Shown here: one piece after another, positions 34,737-44,041 of the stretch
Position numbering within the stretch: the stretch's first letter is position 1
Layout of the letters: each line of letters begins with the position of its first letter
Origin: an uncultured Clostridia bacterium
GTDB taxonomy: Bacteria > Bacillota > Clostridia > Christensenellales > UBA1242
Assembly: GCA_947054085.1 (NCBI GenBank)
Contig: CAMRVD010000002.1
Span: 1-52,531, forward strand
Direction: 5' to 3'
DNA: 52,531 nt
Notes under the pieces: model-generated
Databases searched by the model: none
The model's input: only the letters and a program-made list of their open reading frames with translations
What the model was told of the DNA's origin: nothing
Made by a program: the position numbers and the translations under genes

Positions 34737-36454
34737 TTGGGTACATCGGTTCTAAAACCGATATAAAAAATGCTTTGGAAACTTTAAAAAAATTAGAATA
34801 TCGCGGGTACGATAGTGCAGGTGTTGCTTTTGTTAAGCGTGGCAAAATACAATGCTTTAAACGTGTTGGACAAATTAATAATTTAATAGAAACCATTGGT
34901 AAAAAAAGTGCAAAAATATGTATTTGCCATACTCGGTGGGCAACTCACGGCAAAGCAACCGAAGAAAATGCACATCCAATAATGTCATACAATAATAATT
35001 TTTCAGTTGTTCATAATGGTATTATCGAAAATTATAAATATTTAAAAGCGAAAATAGGTGCAGAAAAATTTTCGACTAGTACCGACACCGAAGTAATTTG
35101 CAACCTACTGGAGTATCTAAAAGGCGATACAATCAGCCGAGTTATCGAGTGTGAAAGTTTGTTAGAAGGCAGCTATGCTTCGCTTATTATAGATAAATGC
35201 AATAAATACATTTACGCAATAAAAAATAAAAGCCCTATGTATATAGCATGCGGAAAAAAAGGTACAACTATAGCCAGCGATATCAGCTGTTTAAATGCTG
35301 AGTATTTTTATAATTTGCCCGACCATACAGTTGCAAAGATAAATAAAAAAGAAATAACATTTTATAGTAACGGAAATATTATAGATTTGCCGCTTTGTAA
35401 AAATATTCATAATTTTGAAAGCAACGACTTAGGGCAATACAAAACATATATGCAAAAAGAAATAGCCGAAACAAATAAGACAATATCTAACATTGTAGAG
35501 TTATATTCTTCGAGTAATAATTATATTAACGAAAACATTTTTAAAGGTATAAAAAATGTTATTTTGACTGGTTGTGGAACTGCTTATCATGCATGCTGCT
35601 TAGGTGCAAATTGGATACAAAAAAACTTAAAAATCCCAGCTAGTGCATATATTGCAAGCGAACTACGTTATAGCGAACCAATACTAGATGATAGTTCGCT
35701 TATGGTGTTAGTTAGTCAAAGCGGCGAAACTGCAGATACACTAGCAGCAGGCGAACTTGCTAAAGACAAGGGCTGCAGAATAATAACTATAACAAATGTT
35801 GGGTATAGTACACTTGCTAACCTTGCAGATGTATGTTTGCCTTTGTGTGCGGGGGCAGAAATTGCGGTAGCAAGCACCAAAGCATATGCTGCCATGCTGG
35901 CGGTTTTATATTTGTTATCTCATGCCACAAGCGGCTTTATAAAATCGCTACAAAATTTAAAGGAAATTTGTCAAAAGTTTAATTCAGATAATATATCTAA
36001 AGATATTGTTAAAAAAGTAATTAATAGTAAGCGTGTGTTTTTTATTGGTAGGCTAGACGACGGGGTAACTGCTAGCGAAGGTGCACTTAAACTTAAAGAA
36101 ATAGCTTACATAGATGCTTGCGGCTATTTTGCAGGCGAGTTAAAGCACGGAACAATTGCACTTATCGAAAACGATGTTGTAGTTATTGCAATAATTACTA
36201 ACCCTAACCTAAAACAAAAGACACTTAATGCAGTAGAAGAAGTAGTAAGTCGTGGTGCAGAGGTAATAATTATAACAAACGATAAAAGCATTACTGGTTA
36301 CACAACTATTTTTATAGATACCGCAATAGACGAAGAGCTTAATAGTTTACTAAGTGTTTATCCTCTACAAAAATTAGCTTGCGAGGTATCTTTAAGTTTG
36401 GGATTTAATCCAGACAAGCCGAGGAATTTGGCTAAAAGTGTTACTGTCGAATAA
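34724..36454 (+). CDS. glmS: glutamine--fructose-6-phosphate aminotransferase
   Basis: MCGIVGY N-terminal nucleophile, two SIS domains and C-terminal ...KSVTVE. Overlaps glmM by 13 nt. Confidence 0.97.
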   Translation: MCGIVGYIGSKTDIKNALETLKKLEYRGYDSAGVAFVKRGKIQCFKRVGQINNLIETIGKKSAKICICHTRWATHGKATEENAHPIMSYNNNFSVVHNGIIENYKYLKAKIGAEKFSTSTDTEVICNLLEYLKGDTISRVIECESLLEGSYASLIIDKCNKYIYAIKNKSPMYIACGKKGTTIASDISCLNAEYFYNLPDHTVAKINKKEITFYSNGNIIDLPLCKNIHNFESNDLGQYKTYMQKEIAETNKTISNIVELYSSSNNYINENIFKGIKNVILTGCGTAYHACCLGANWIQKNLKIPASAYIASELRYSEPILDDSSLMVLVSQSGETADTLAAGELAKDKGCRIITITNVGYSTLANLADVCLPLCAGAEIAVASTKAYAAMLAVLYLLSHATSGFIKSLQNLKEICQKFNSDNISKDIVKKVINSKRVFFIGRLDDGVTASEGALKLKEIAYIDACGYFAGELKHGTIALIENDVVVIAIITNPNLKQKTLNAVEEVVSRGAEVIIITNDKSITGYTTIFIDTAIDEELNSLLSVYPLQKLACEVSLSLGFNPDKPRNLAKSVTVE

Positions 36455-36469
36455 CCCCACGGCGAAGCT

Positions 36470-36593
36470 AAACGGCAATAATTAGCGAATTACTACATAA
36501 ACTTAAAAAAGGCAGACTGGTCATTTACGCTTAAGTAAAATCCTAGCCTGCTTTTTTTAGTTTACTTTGTACTTCATCTAATTATTGCCGTTT
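36470..36593 (+). repeat. hairpin-repeat family 1, full unit (124 nt) with perfect 16-nt terminal inverted repeats
   Basis: AAACGGCAATAATTAG (36470-36485) pairs with CTAATTATTGCCGTTT (36578-36593). The inner stem is flanked by A6 and T7 runs. The apex is GTCATTTACGCTTAAGTAAAATCC (36520-36543). Confidence 0.8.
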
Positions 36594-36783
36594 CTTTAAG
36601 TGTAATACTAAAAATTCCCTCTAAAAAAATCTTATAGTCAATTTATGTAATTTACTAATAAAATTATTTACAATAAAAACCATTATAAAATAAGAGCTTT
36701 TTTATTTATTATTATAAATAAATTTTTTGGGGGCTTGCAAAATATACAAAATAGTGTATACTTATATATAATACATTAGCGAG

Positions 36784-38136
36784 ATGAAAATGGAAAATTT
36801 AACCGATACAATTGTTGCAATTTCTACTGGCTCTACAAGTGGGGCTATTTCTATTGTGCGAATGAGCGGCAAAGATGCAATTAATATTGCAAATAAAATG
36901 TTTAGATCTTTAAAAAACAAAATACCTAAAGAATTTAACGCTAGGTATCTGGAACTAGGCAATCTAAAAACAAGCGGCTTTACCGAGCAAGCGTTATGCG
37001 TGGTTTTTAAAGCACCTTATAGCTATACGGGCGAAGATATTGTAGAGTTTCAGTGTCATGGTGGGCTAAAGATAGCCGAAGGCGTGGTAACCGAGTGCAT
37101 AAAAAATGGTGCAAGGCTTGCAACCAATGGCGAATTTACAAAAAGGGCATTTATTAACGGCAAACTAAGTTTGTCTAGTGCCGAAGGCGTTATGGATATG
37201 ATAAACGCCGAAACCGATGCCGAAGTGCGTGCAGGGTACGAACTATTAAATGGCGGGCTTTCTAAAATTGCAACGGACTCGCAAAACGAACTGACCGATA
37301 TTTTAAGCGAAATAGAAGTATCTTTTGATTACCCCGAAGAACAAATAGAATATATAACCAAAGCCAAAGTAAAACAAAGGCTAAACAGCATAGCAGGTTT
37401 GCTTGATGACGTGCTAGAAAGCAGTAAAACCGGTAACCTAATAAAAAATGGTATAAGCATTTTAATTGTAGGTAAACCTAATGTAGGTAAAAGCAGTTTA
37501 TTAAACAGGCTAATTAACCGAGATAGGGCAATAGTAACAGACATACCGGGTACAACCCGAGATAGCATAGAGGACAGCTTTACAATTGGCGGAATTAAGG
37601 CTAAAATAATAGATACGGCGGGTATTCATGATACCGACGATCTGGTAGAAAAATTAGGCGTAGATAAAGCCAAACAGCTTATAGATTTTGCAGACATTAT
37701 TATTTATGTTACAGACAGTTCTAATCCTTTAGTCAAAGAAGATAATGATATTTTTGAACTTGTAAAAAATAAGCAGCACATAAAGGTGGCAAACAAGTGC
37801 GATATAGCAAAAACGCGTCAAGATAAAACATCAATATATATAAGCTCTGCAACAGGTGAGGGCATCGAAAATCTAAAACAAGAAATCTATAATCGATTTA
37901 AAAGTCCAAAACTTGTAGAGGGCGGTGTAATTATTACAAACGCACGCCACAAACAAGCACTAGCTGTTGCACTAGAACATGTTAATATGGCACTAGACGA
38001 CATAGACAACCAAACCCTCGATTTAATTTCTATAGACTTAAAGCTTGCTTATTCTGCACTGGGTGAAATTACAGGTAACACCACAGGCGAAGATATAATA
38101 GATAGTATTTTTAGTAAATTTTGTTTAGGAAAATAA
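36784..38136 (+). CDS. mnmE: tRNA modification GTPase MnmE
   Basis: DTIVAISTG N-terminus, G1 GKPNVGKSSLLN, DTAG, NKCD and the C-terminal FCLGK motif. Confidence 0.95.
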   Translation: MKMENLTDTIVAISTGSTSGAISIVRMSGKDAINIANKMFRSLKNKIPKEFNARYLELGNLKTSGFTEQALCVVFKAPYSYTGEDIVEFQCHGGLKIAEGVVTECIKNGARLATNGEFTKRAFINGKLSLSSAEGVMDMINAETDAEVRAGYELLNGGLSKIATDSQNELTDILSEIEVSFDYPEEQIEYITKAKVKQRLNSIAGLLDDVLESSKTGNLIKNGISILIVGKPNVGKSSLLNRLINRDRAIVTDIPGTTRDSIEDSFTIGGIKAKIIDTAGIHDTDDLVEKLGVDKAKQLIDFADIIIYVTDSSNPLVKEDNDIFELVKNKQHIKVANKCDIAKTRQDKTSIYISSATGEGIENLKQEIYNRFKSPKLVEGGVIITNARHKQALAVALEHVNMALDDIDNQTLDLISIDLKLAYSALGEITGNTTGEDIIDSIFSKFCLGK

Positions 38137-38138
38137 TC

Positions 38139-39194
38139 ATGAGAATAATTCAGTTATACAGTTACGATAAATATATAAAGCAAATAGAAAATTGGACAAA
38201 AGACAATACCGATCCAAACGCTAATAATATTCAAAAGTTTGTGCTTGGGAGTGGAACAATGACAGAGTTTTTAAATGACGTCATAAAAAAATCAGCAACA
38301 GAAAAACCTATTTTTAAAAAGCGAAAATTTTATGTTGCAATAGAAAACGACGAAGTTCTAGCTTTTGCAGATATACAAATTGAACCAGATATGGAGCTTT
38401 TAGGTGAATATCACGAAATTAATATTTTGTCTGTTGCCGTAAATCCAAAATATCAATCAAAAGGAATAGGCACAACTTTTATTCAAAATGTAATTGATTG
38501 CAATATTAATAACACTACTAGTAATATTAATGTTTTTGTAGAAAATACAAACCAAAAAAGCTTAAATATGTTTAAAAACGTTACATTTAAAAATAATAAA
38601 AAGTTTAATTCTACAAAAAAAGAATGGGATGGCAATTATTTGTTAAATTGCTCTATGATAGATTACAACTATTTTAATGGATATGAATTAAAACAAATAA
38701 CAGAAAAATCTGTCGAGGTTGATCAGCTTAACGAATGGGCAAACTTAAAAAATAATTCTGCTTTAAAAAAATATACGTTTAAAGACCAAGAAATAGATTT
38801 TACAGAACTATTAAAAGATAATTTGGTCAAAACTTTAACTAATGTAAAACCAAAAAGTTATGTTCTTTTGCACAATAACGAAGTGGTTGGACTAGTTATT
38901 TTTAGTCTGTTTAAAAATCATCATAACAGCGATAAGGTTTGTTTTATCAGACACATATGCACACATCCCGAATGTCAAAATTTAGGAGTTGGTGCTAAAC
39001 TTCTAGATTCTGTTATATATAACAGACAAAACATGCTTGGCAAAGATTACGATATTATATTAGCCGATATTGTGGATGATAATAAACCGTCACTTAGACT
39101 GTTTAAAAAAATGGGATTTAATATTGTAAAAGAAAAAAATAATTATACCGCTAGTTTAATAAATCCAAAAAAAACAAATACAAGAAGAATATGA
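38139..39194 (+). CDS. tandem-GNAT (two acetyltransferase-like halves) protein
   Basis: The ATG lies 2 nt after the mnmE stop, and its TGA overlaps the mnmG ATG (ATGA). The first half has LSVAVNPKYQSKGIGTTFIQNVI. The second has ICTHPECQNLGVGAKLLDSVI...LFKKMGFNIV. Confidence 0.7.
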   Translation: MRIIQLYSYDKYIKQIENWTKDNTDPNANNIQKFVLGSGTMTEFLNDVIKKSATEKPIFKKRKFYVAIENDEVLAFADIQIEPDMELLGEYHEINILSVAVNPKYQSKGIGTTFIQNVIDCNINNTTSNINVFVENTNQKSLNMFKNVTFKNNKKFNSTKKEWDGNYLLNCSMIDYNYFNGYELKQITEKSVEVDQLNEWANLKNNSALKKYTFKDQEIDFTELLKDNLVKTLTNVKPKSYVLLHNNEVVGLVIFSLFKNHHNSDKVCFIRHICTHPECQNLGVGAKLLDSVIYNRQNMLGKDYDIILADIVDDNKPSLRLFKKMGFNIVKEKNNYTASLINPKKTNTRRI

Positions 39195-41041
39195 ATAACA
39201 AAATTAATTATGATTGTATAGTAGTAGGTGCAGGGCACGCAGGAGTGGAAGCCGCCCTTGCAACTGCCAGAACTAATAATAAGACACTGTTAGTTACTTT
39301 AACAAAAGAAGCTATCAGTTTTTTAGCATGCAATCCTTCTATTGGAGGCACGGCCAAAGGTCATTTGGTGTGCGAAATAGACGCCCTTGGCGGCGAAATG
39401 GGCAGAACTGCCGATCGAACAACATTGCAGCTAAGAATGCTTAATATGGGCAAAGGTCCAGCAGTGCATAGTCTAAGAGCTCAAGTAGATAAAAATAGCT
39501 ATCATCGTACTATGCAGCAAGTTTTAGAAGAACAGCCAAACTTAGATATTTTAGAGGACGAAGGTGCAGAAATTTTAACCCAAGAGGGCAAAGTTGCAGG
39601 GATTGTTACAGTAAGCGGAAAAACTTTTAATTGTAGAGCGATAGTACTTGCATGCGGAGTGTATTTAAACAGCCGAACAATAACGGGCGAGATTATCAAA
39701 GACAGTGGCCCTGCTGGGTTTGGCAATAGCAAAAACTTAACTAAAAGCCTAATAGACTTAGGTTTTCAAATACGTAGGTTTAAAACGGGAACACCGCCAA
39801 GACTGGACGGTGACAGTATAGATTATTCCCAGTTTGAAGAGCAAAAGGGTGATAAGAATATTCAGACTTTTAGCTTTTTAACAAAAAAGGCAAACCCAAA
39901 TACTAGGGTGTGCTATCTTGGTTATACTACCGAGCTTACCAAAAAAATAATTTTAGATAATCTAGACAAAGCACCTATGTATAGTGGAGTTATTACCGGG
40001 CTAGGGCCTAGGTATTGCCCAAGTATAGAAACCAAAATTGTCCGCTTTAGCGATAAGGATCGTCATCAAGTATTTTTAGAACCAGAAACCAACGATAATA
40101 ATCAAATATATATTCAGGGTATGTCTACAAGCATGCCAAAGGATATTCAGCACAAGATGATAGAGTCTATCGCGGGGCTAGAAAAAACTAAGTTTGTAAA
40201 ATACGGTTACGCCATAGAATACGATTGCATTAATCCGCTTAACTTGTACCCAACGCTAGAATGTAAGTTTGTAAAAGGCTTGTTTTGTGCAGGTCAGATT
40301 AATGGCACTAGCGGCTACGAGGAAGCTGGGGCACAAGGCATAGTTGCTGGTATAAACGCCAACTTGTACATAAAAGGTAAAGAGCAACTAATATTAAAAC
40401 GAGATAATAGTTATATTGGAGTTCTTATAGACGACCTTACAACCAAAGGCACAAACGAGCCTTACCGTATGATGACTAGCCGTGCAGAATATAGGTTATT
40501 ACTGCGTCAAGATAACGCAGACCAAAGGCTTACCGAAATTGGGTATAGTGTAGGGCTTGTAACACCCGAACGCTACAAAAAGTTTAAGCACAAAATGAGG
40601 CAGATAGAAAAACTTAAAACTTATTTAAACAATGTAATAGCACCTAGCGAGCAGCTAGACGAGTATCTTGTAAGCATTGGCGAAAACCCCGCTCCAAGAG
40701 GAATAACTATAGATAATCTATGTAAGCGTGCAAATAGCGATTTATACTTAGCCAACAAAAAGCTTAAACTTTTCAAAGGCTTTAGTAAGGCTGAGATTAC
40801 CGAAGTTAATATAGACGCTAAGTACGAGGGCTATTTAAAACGTCAGAACCAACTTATTGAGCGTAGCCGAAAGCTAGAGGAAAAGCGAATACCTGCTGGC
40901 TTTAACTTTAAAGCGGTAAAGGGGTTACGAACCGAAGCTGCCGAAAAACTCGACAACATTAAGCCGCTAACCTTGGGTGCTGCTAGCAGAATAAGCGGCG
41001 TAAACCCAGCAGATATAACAGTGTTACTTATGCACTTGTAA
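39191..41041 (+). CDS. mnmG: tRNA uridine 5-carboxymethylaminomethyl modification enzyme MnmG
   Basis: FAD motif VVGAGHAGVEAA. Full-length GidA-like sequence of 616 aa. Confidence 0.97.
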   Translation: MNNKINYDCIVVGAGHAGVEAALATARTNNKTLLVTLTKEAISFLACNPSIGGTAKGHLVCEIDALGGEMGRTADRTTLQLRMLNMGKGPAVHSLRAQVDKNSYHRTMQQVLEEQPNLDILEDEGAEILTQEGKVAGIVTVSGKTFNCRAIVLACGVYLNSRTITGEIIKDSGPAGFGNSKNLTKSLIDLGFQIRRFKTGTPPRLDGDSIDYSQFEEQKGDKNIQTFSFLTKKANPNTRVCYLGYTTELTKKIILDNLDKAPMYSGVITGLGPRYCPSIETKIVRFSDKDRHQVFLEPETNDNNQIYIQGMSTSMPKDIQHKMIESIAGLEKTKFVKYGYAIEYDCINPLNLYPTLECKFVKGLFCAGQINGTSGYEEAGAQGIVAGINANLYIKGKEQLILKRDNSYIGVLIDDLTTKGTNEPYRMMTSRAEYRLLLRQDNADQRLTEIGYSVGLVTPERYKKFKHKMRQIEKLKTYLNNVIAPSEQLDEYLVSIGENPAPRGITIDNLCKRANSDLYLANKKLKLFKGFSKAEITEVNIDAKYEGYLKRQNQLIERSRKLEEKRIPAGFNFKAVKGLRTEAAEKLDNIKPLTLGAASRISGVNPADITVLLMHL

Positions 41042-41076
41042 TTGTAATAGATATAAAATTGCAACTTTAGCATATT

Positions 41077-41105
41077 GTCATTCTGGGTCTACGAGCGAAG
41101 AATAC
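41077..41105 (+). repeat. short repeat family 2-related arm (GTCATTCTGGGTCTACGAGCGAAGAATAC)
   Basis: Imperfect inverted partner of 41124-41158. Confidence 0.45.
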
Positions 41106-41123
41106 AAAACCAAATAAATAAAA

Positions 41124-41158
41124 GATCCTTCAACTCACTGTCGTCCGCTCAGGAAGAC
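41124..41158 (-). repeat. short repeat family 2, copy c (reverse orientation)
   Basis: The reverse complement GTCTTCCTGAGCGGACGACAGTGAGTTGAAGGATC aligns with 18536-18568. Confidence 0.55.
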
Positions 41159-41181
41159 GGATTGGAAAAGTGTACTAATCG

Positions 41182-41212
41182 AAAAAAACCACGGAATTTC
41201 CGTGGTTTTTAT
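41182..41212. terminator. bidirectional intrinsic terminator (mnmG / jag convergent)
   Basis: CCACGGA/TCCGTGG stem flanked by A7 and T5 runs. Confidence 0.85.
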
Positions 41213-41310
41213 TTGTTATTTGTCATTGTATTAATTTTTGTCTAGTCATAATAATTTAGCCATAACAATTTAATTTTAATTGCTTAGTGGTAATTATTAA
41301 TCTTAATTGC

Positions 41311-42024
41311 CTAGTCGTTATTGTCGCGTAGGTCGCTAACTTCTATGTTAGTAAATTCGGGTTTTGCTTGTTTTTGCTTGCGGTCTTCGCTTTTTTGCTT
41401 GCGTTTGTCCGCTGCGTCTTTAAGCATAATTGTAACATATCTGTATGGGTCCTTGCCGTTACTAACAGTAGTTACTTTTGCATGGTCGGCAAGGGCGGTA
41501 TGAATAAATCGTCTGTCGCTAGCATTCATAGGCTCTAGTTTTACACTTCTGCCCGAACGCATTACTTTACCGGCTTCACGCATAGCAAGAAGTTTAAGCG
41601 TATCGCCTCGCTTTGTGCGGTAACCATTGCTATCTACCATTAGGCGTTTATACTCGGCAGATACTTTGCCTTTGTTAAATATACTATTTATAATAAACTG
41701 AAAACTATCTAAATTTTCGCCGTGCTTACCAATAAAGTACGACGCATCGTCACCGGTAATGTCTATGTAAAAGTGATCTTCCTTTTCTTCTACATAAACA
41801 TCTACAGACAAATTCATAAGTTTTGTAAGCTTTTCTGCAAGGTCTTTTACAGCAGTTTCAGCTTCGCTGGATTGTTCTAAAGTAAGTCTTACTTTAGCTT
41901 TATTAAATAATCCTGCTTGCTCTAAAATATTAATTTTAACTTGGTCGCGGGTTACTCCTAGCTTGTATAAACCAATTTCTATAGCTTGGTCTACAGTTTT
42001 TCCTTCGGTTTCTAAACTTTTCAT
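41311..42024 (-). CDS. jag: RNA-binding protein Jag/KhpB (Jag_N, KH, R3H)
   Basis: MKSLETEGKTVDQAIEIGL N-terminus and an R3H-like SDRRFIHTAL motif. Immediately downstream of yidC. Confidence 0.9.
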   Translation of the reverse strand: MKSLETEGKTVDQAIEIGLYKLGVTRDQVKINILEQAGLFNKAKVRLTLEQSSEAETAVKDLAEKLTKLMNLSVDVYVEEKEDHFYIDITGDDASYFIGKHGENLDSFQFIINSIFNKGKVSAEYKRLMVDSNGYRTKRGDTLKLLAMREAGKVMRSGRSVKLEPMNASDRRFIHTALADHAKVTTVSNGKDPYRYVTIMLKDAADKRKQKSEDRKQKQAKPEFTNIEVSDLRDNND

Positions 42025-42025
42025 A

Positions 42026-43189
42026 TTATCTTACTCTCCCATTACGTTTTTCTAATTTTAAAGCTTCTTTTGCAAGTTCTTCTTCCACTTCGGCTTCTTT
42101 CTTTCTAAATACTTTAGATACTATTAGGTTTGTGATAAGCCCTATAATTGTACTCATAAGTGAGTTGGTAATAACATATATACCAAATGCAGAGTTAGTG
42201 GTAAATACAAATATAGCCATCATAACAGGAACAAGAAGCTTCATAAACCACATAGATTTGGCTTGTGGATTTGCTGCATCTACAACTTGCTGTGATTTTT
42301 TGTTTTTACTTTTTGTAGATAAATCGCTAATCATCATAGTTGCAACCGATAATACTACCGAAATAACAGCAAGTAGATAATAACCGTTCCAGTCGCCGGT
42401 GTCTGCAACTATCATGCCCGAAATTTGAGTGTAGTTAAAGTTGAGAACTGGATTATTAATTATTTCGTTGACATCTGCTTTGTAATCGGCCTTTTTACTG
42501 TTATTTGCCATTTTTTGAAGCTCGGCTAGACTAGGGAATGGGCTAGCGTGACCATCGGTCACCCAAATGTTTTTAATCCATAGCCAGCTTTGTTTTTCTT
42601 CGTGCCATTTTGCTTGAACAACTTCGGTTGCTTCTTTTACTGCGGCTTCTACCTTGGCTTTTTCGTCCTCGCTTACTTCCTCGTTTTTAGAAAGTTTTTC
42701 TAATACAATCTTATACTCTTCGTAGTTGCCATCGTAGCTTTGGGTAACGCTTGCTACGTATGCATCGTGAATATTATGATACTGCGATATTGCTTGATAA
42801 CTAGATAAATCCCTTAGTCCTGCAAATAGGGTAAAGAAAATCACCGAGGTTAATACAAGGTTAAGTAGCATAACTATACACGAGCCAAAAACATTGTAGC
42901 CCTCGCGTTTGTACAAAGCTTGGGTTTGAGTTTGGATCATCTGCGAGTTATTGCCATACTTAATTTTTAGTCTTGTCATTTGTGGTGCAAGCTTTTTTTG
43001 CATAAGCGAAGTTTTTTTGCTGCTGTGTTTAATAAGATAGTCAAAAGGGCTTAAAACAAGTTTTACAAATATAATAAGCACAAGTATTGTCCAGCCGTAG
43101 CCACCAACAAAACTATGCACCCAATTTATTAAGCTTGCCCACATACCCGTTGGTGCTTGTACTGCAGCAATTATAGGTTCAAGGTTCAT
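42026..43189 (-). CDS. yidC: membrane protein insertase YidC/SpoIIIJ family
   Basis: Polytopic 387-aa protein in the rnpA-yidD-yidC-jag context with a conserved 60-kDa-IMP-like core. An extra charged insertion lies between helices. Confidence 0.88.
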   Translation of the reverse strand: MNLEPIIAAVQAPTGMWASLINWVHSFVGGYGWTILVLIIFVKLVLSPFDYLIKHSSKKTSLMQKKLAPQMTRLKIKYGNNSQMIQTQTQALYKREGYNVFGSCIVMLLNLVLTSVIFFTLFAGLRDLSSYQAISQYHNIHDAYVASVTQSYDGNYEEYKIVLEKLSKNEEVSEDEKAKVEAAVKEATEVVQAKWHEEKQSWLWIKNIWVTDGHASPFPSLAELQKMANNSKKADYKADVNEIINNPVLNFNYTQISGMIVADTGDWNGYYLLAVISVVLSVATMMISDLSTKSKNKKSQQVVDAANPQAKSMWFMKLLVPVMMAIFVFTTNSAFGIYVITNSLMSTIIGLITNLIVSKVFRKKEAEVEEELAKEALKLEKRNGRVR

Positions 43190-43199
43190 AAAATTCTCC

Positions 43200-43475
43200 T
43201 TACATTAAATTTTTATAGTAGCCTTTTATATTATAAGGCACGGGGTCTAATCCGCCTTTAGTAAATGGATTGCACTTTAGTAATCTTTTAGCAGTTAAAA
43301 AAATACCTACAAAAAAACCCCACTCTTTAGTACTTTCACTTGCGTAAACCGAGCAAGTTGGAGTAAATTTGCATGTGTGGGGGATAAAAGGTGATATGCA
43401 AAATCTAAATATATAAAATACCCCTAAAAGCAGGTATTTAGGAATATTAATAACTACTTTAAAAAAATTCTTCAT
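43200..43475 (-). CDS. yidD: membrane protein insertion efficiency factor YidD
   Basis: CKFTPTCSVYASES...RLLKCNPFTKGGLDPVP signature. Confidence 0.9.
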   Translation of the reverse strand: MKNFFKVVINIPKYLLLGVFYIFRFCISPFIPHTCKFTPTCSVYASESTKEWGFFVGIFLTAKRLLKCNPFTKGGLDPVPYNIKGYYKNLM

Positions 43476-43816
43476 TCATCCATGTAAAGTTTGGCTTTTT
43501 TTAAAAGATAATCTGTTTCTCCGCTAAGCGTTTTAAATGTCGCATCAGCCGAGGCTGGTTTTGCTACAATTATAATATTGTAGTTATTTTTAAGTTTACT
43601 AAGTAGTGGGCTAATGCTCTCGCGAATGCGACGTTTAGTGCGGTTTCTTACAACTGCACCACCCACTTTTTTACTAACCGATATACCAACTTTAATATTC
43701 TTGTTTTTGCTAGGGCAGTAGTAGAGTACTAAATTTTTGCCGCCTACCGTTTTGCCAACTTTATAAACATAATTAAATTGATATTTCTTTTTTAGTCTGT
43801 AAACCTTTTTAATCAT
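43472..43816 (-). CDS. rnpA: ribonuclease P protein component
   Basis: 114 aa, basic, with RNR-type motif AVVRNRTKRRIRE. Overlaps the yidD start. Confidence 0.9.
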   Translation of the reverse strand: MIKKVYRLKKKYQFNYVYKVGKTVGGKNLVLYYCPSKNKNIKVGISVSKKVGGAVVRNRTKRRIRESISPLLSKLKNNYNIIIVAKPASADATFKTLSGETDYLLKKAKLYMDE

Positions 43817-43839
43817 ACACTTTTGCCAAAATTAGTTTT

Positions 43840-43977
43840 TTATGCGCAAAGTTTTTTGCGACCTTTGTTTCTTCTGCGAGCTAGTACGTTTCTGCCACCT
43901 TTAGTTTGCATTCTTGCTCTAAAACCATGAACTTTTTTTCTGTGTGCTTTTTTAGGTTGATAAGTTCTCTTTGTCAT
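43840..43977 (-). CDS. rpmH: 50S ribosomal protein L34
   Basis: Below the track cutoff, so I translated it by hand: [54 protein letters not shown] upstream. Confidence 0.93.
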   Translation of the reverse strand: MTKRTYQPKKAHRKKVHGFRARMQTKGGRNVLARRRNKGRKKLCA

Positions 43978-44012
43978 TATAGTTCTCCTTAAATTATTAA
44001 TATGCAAATAAG

Positions 44013-44041
44013 AGTATAACTTAAATTGCTTCCACTGTCAA
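44013..44041 (-). promoter_or_regulatory. sigma-A type promoter of the rpmH operon
   Basis: On the minus strand: TTGACA (44041-44036), 17-nt spacer, TATACT (44018-44013). Confidence 0.7.
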
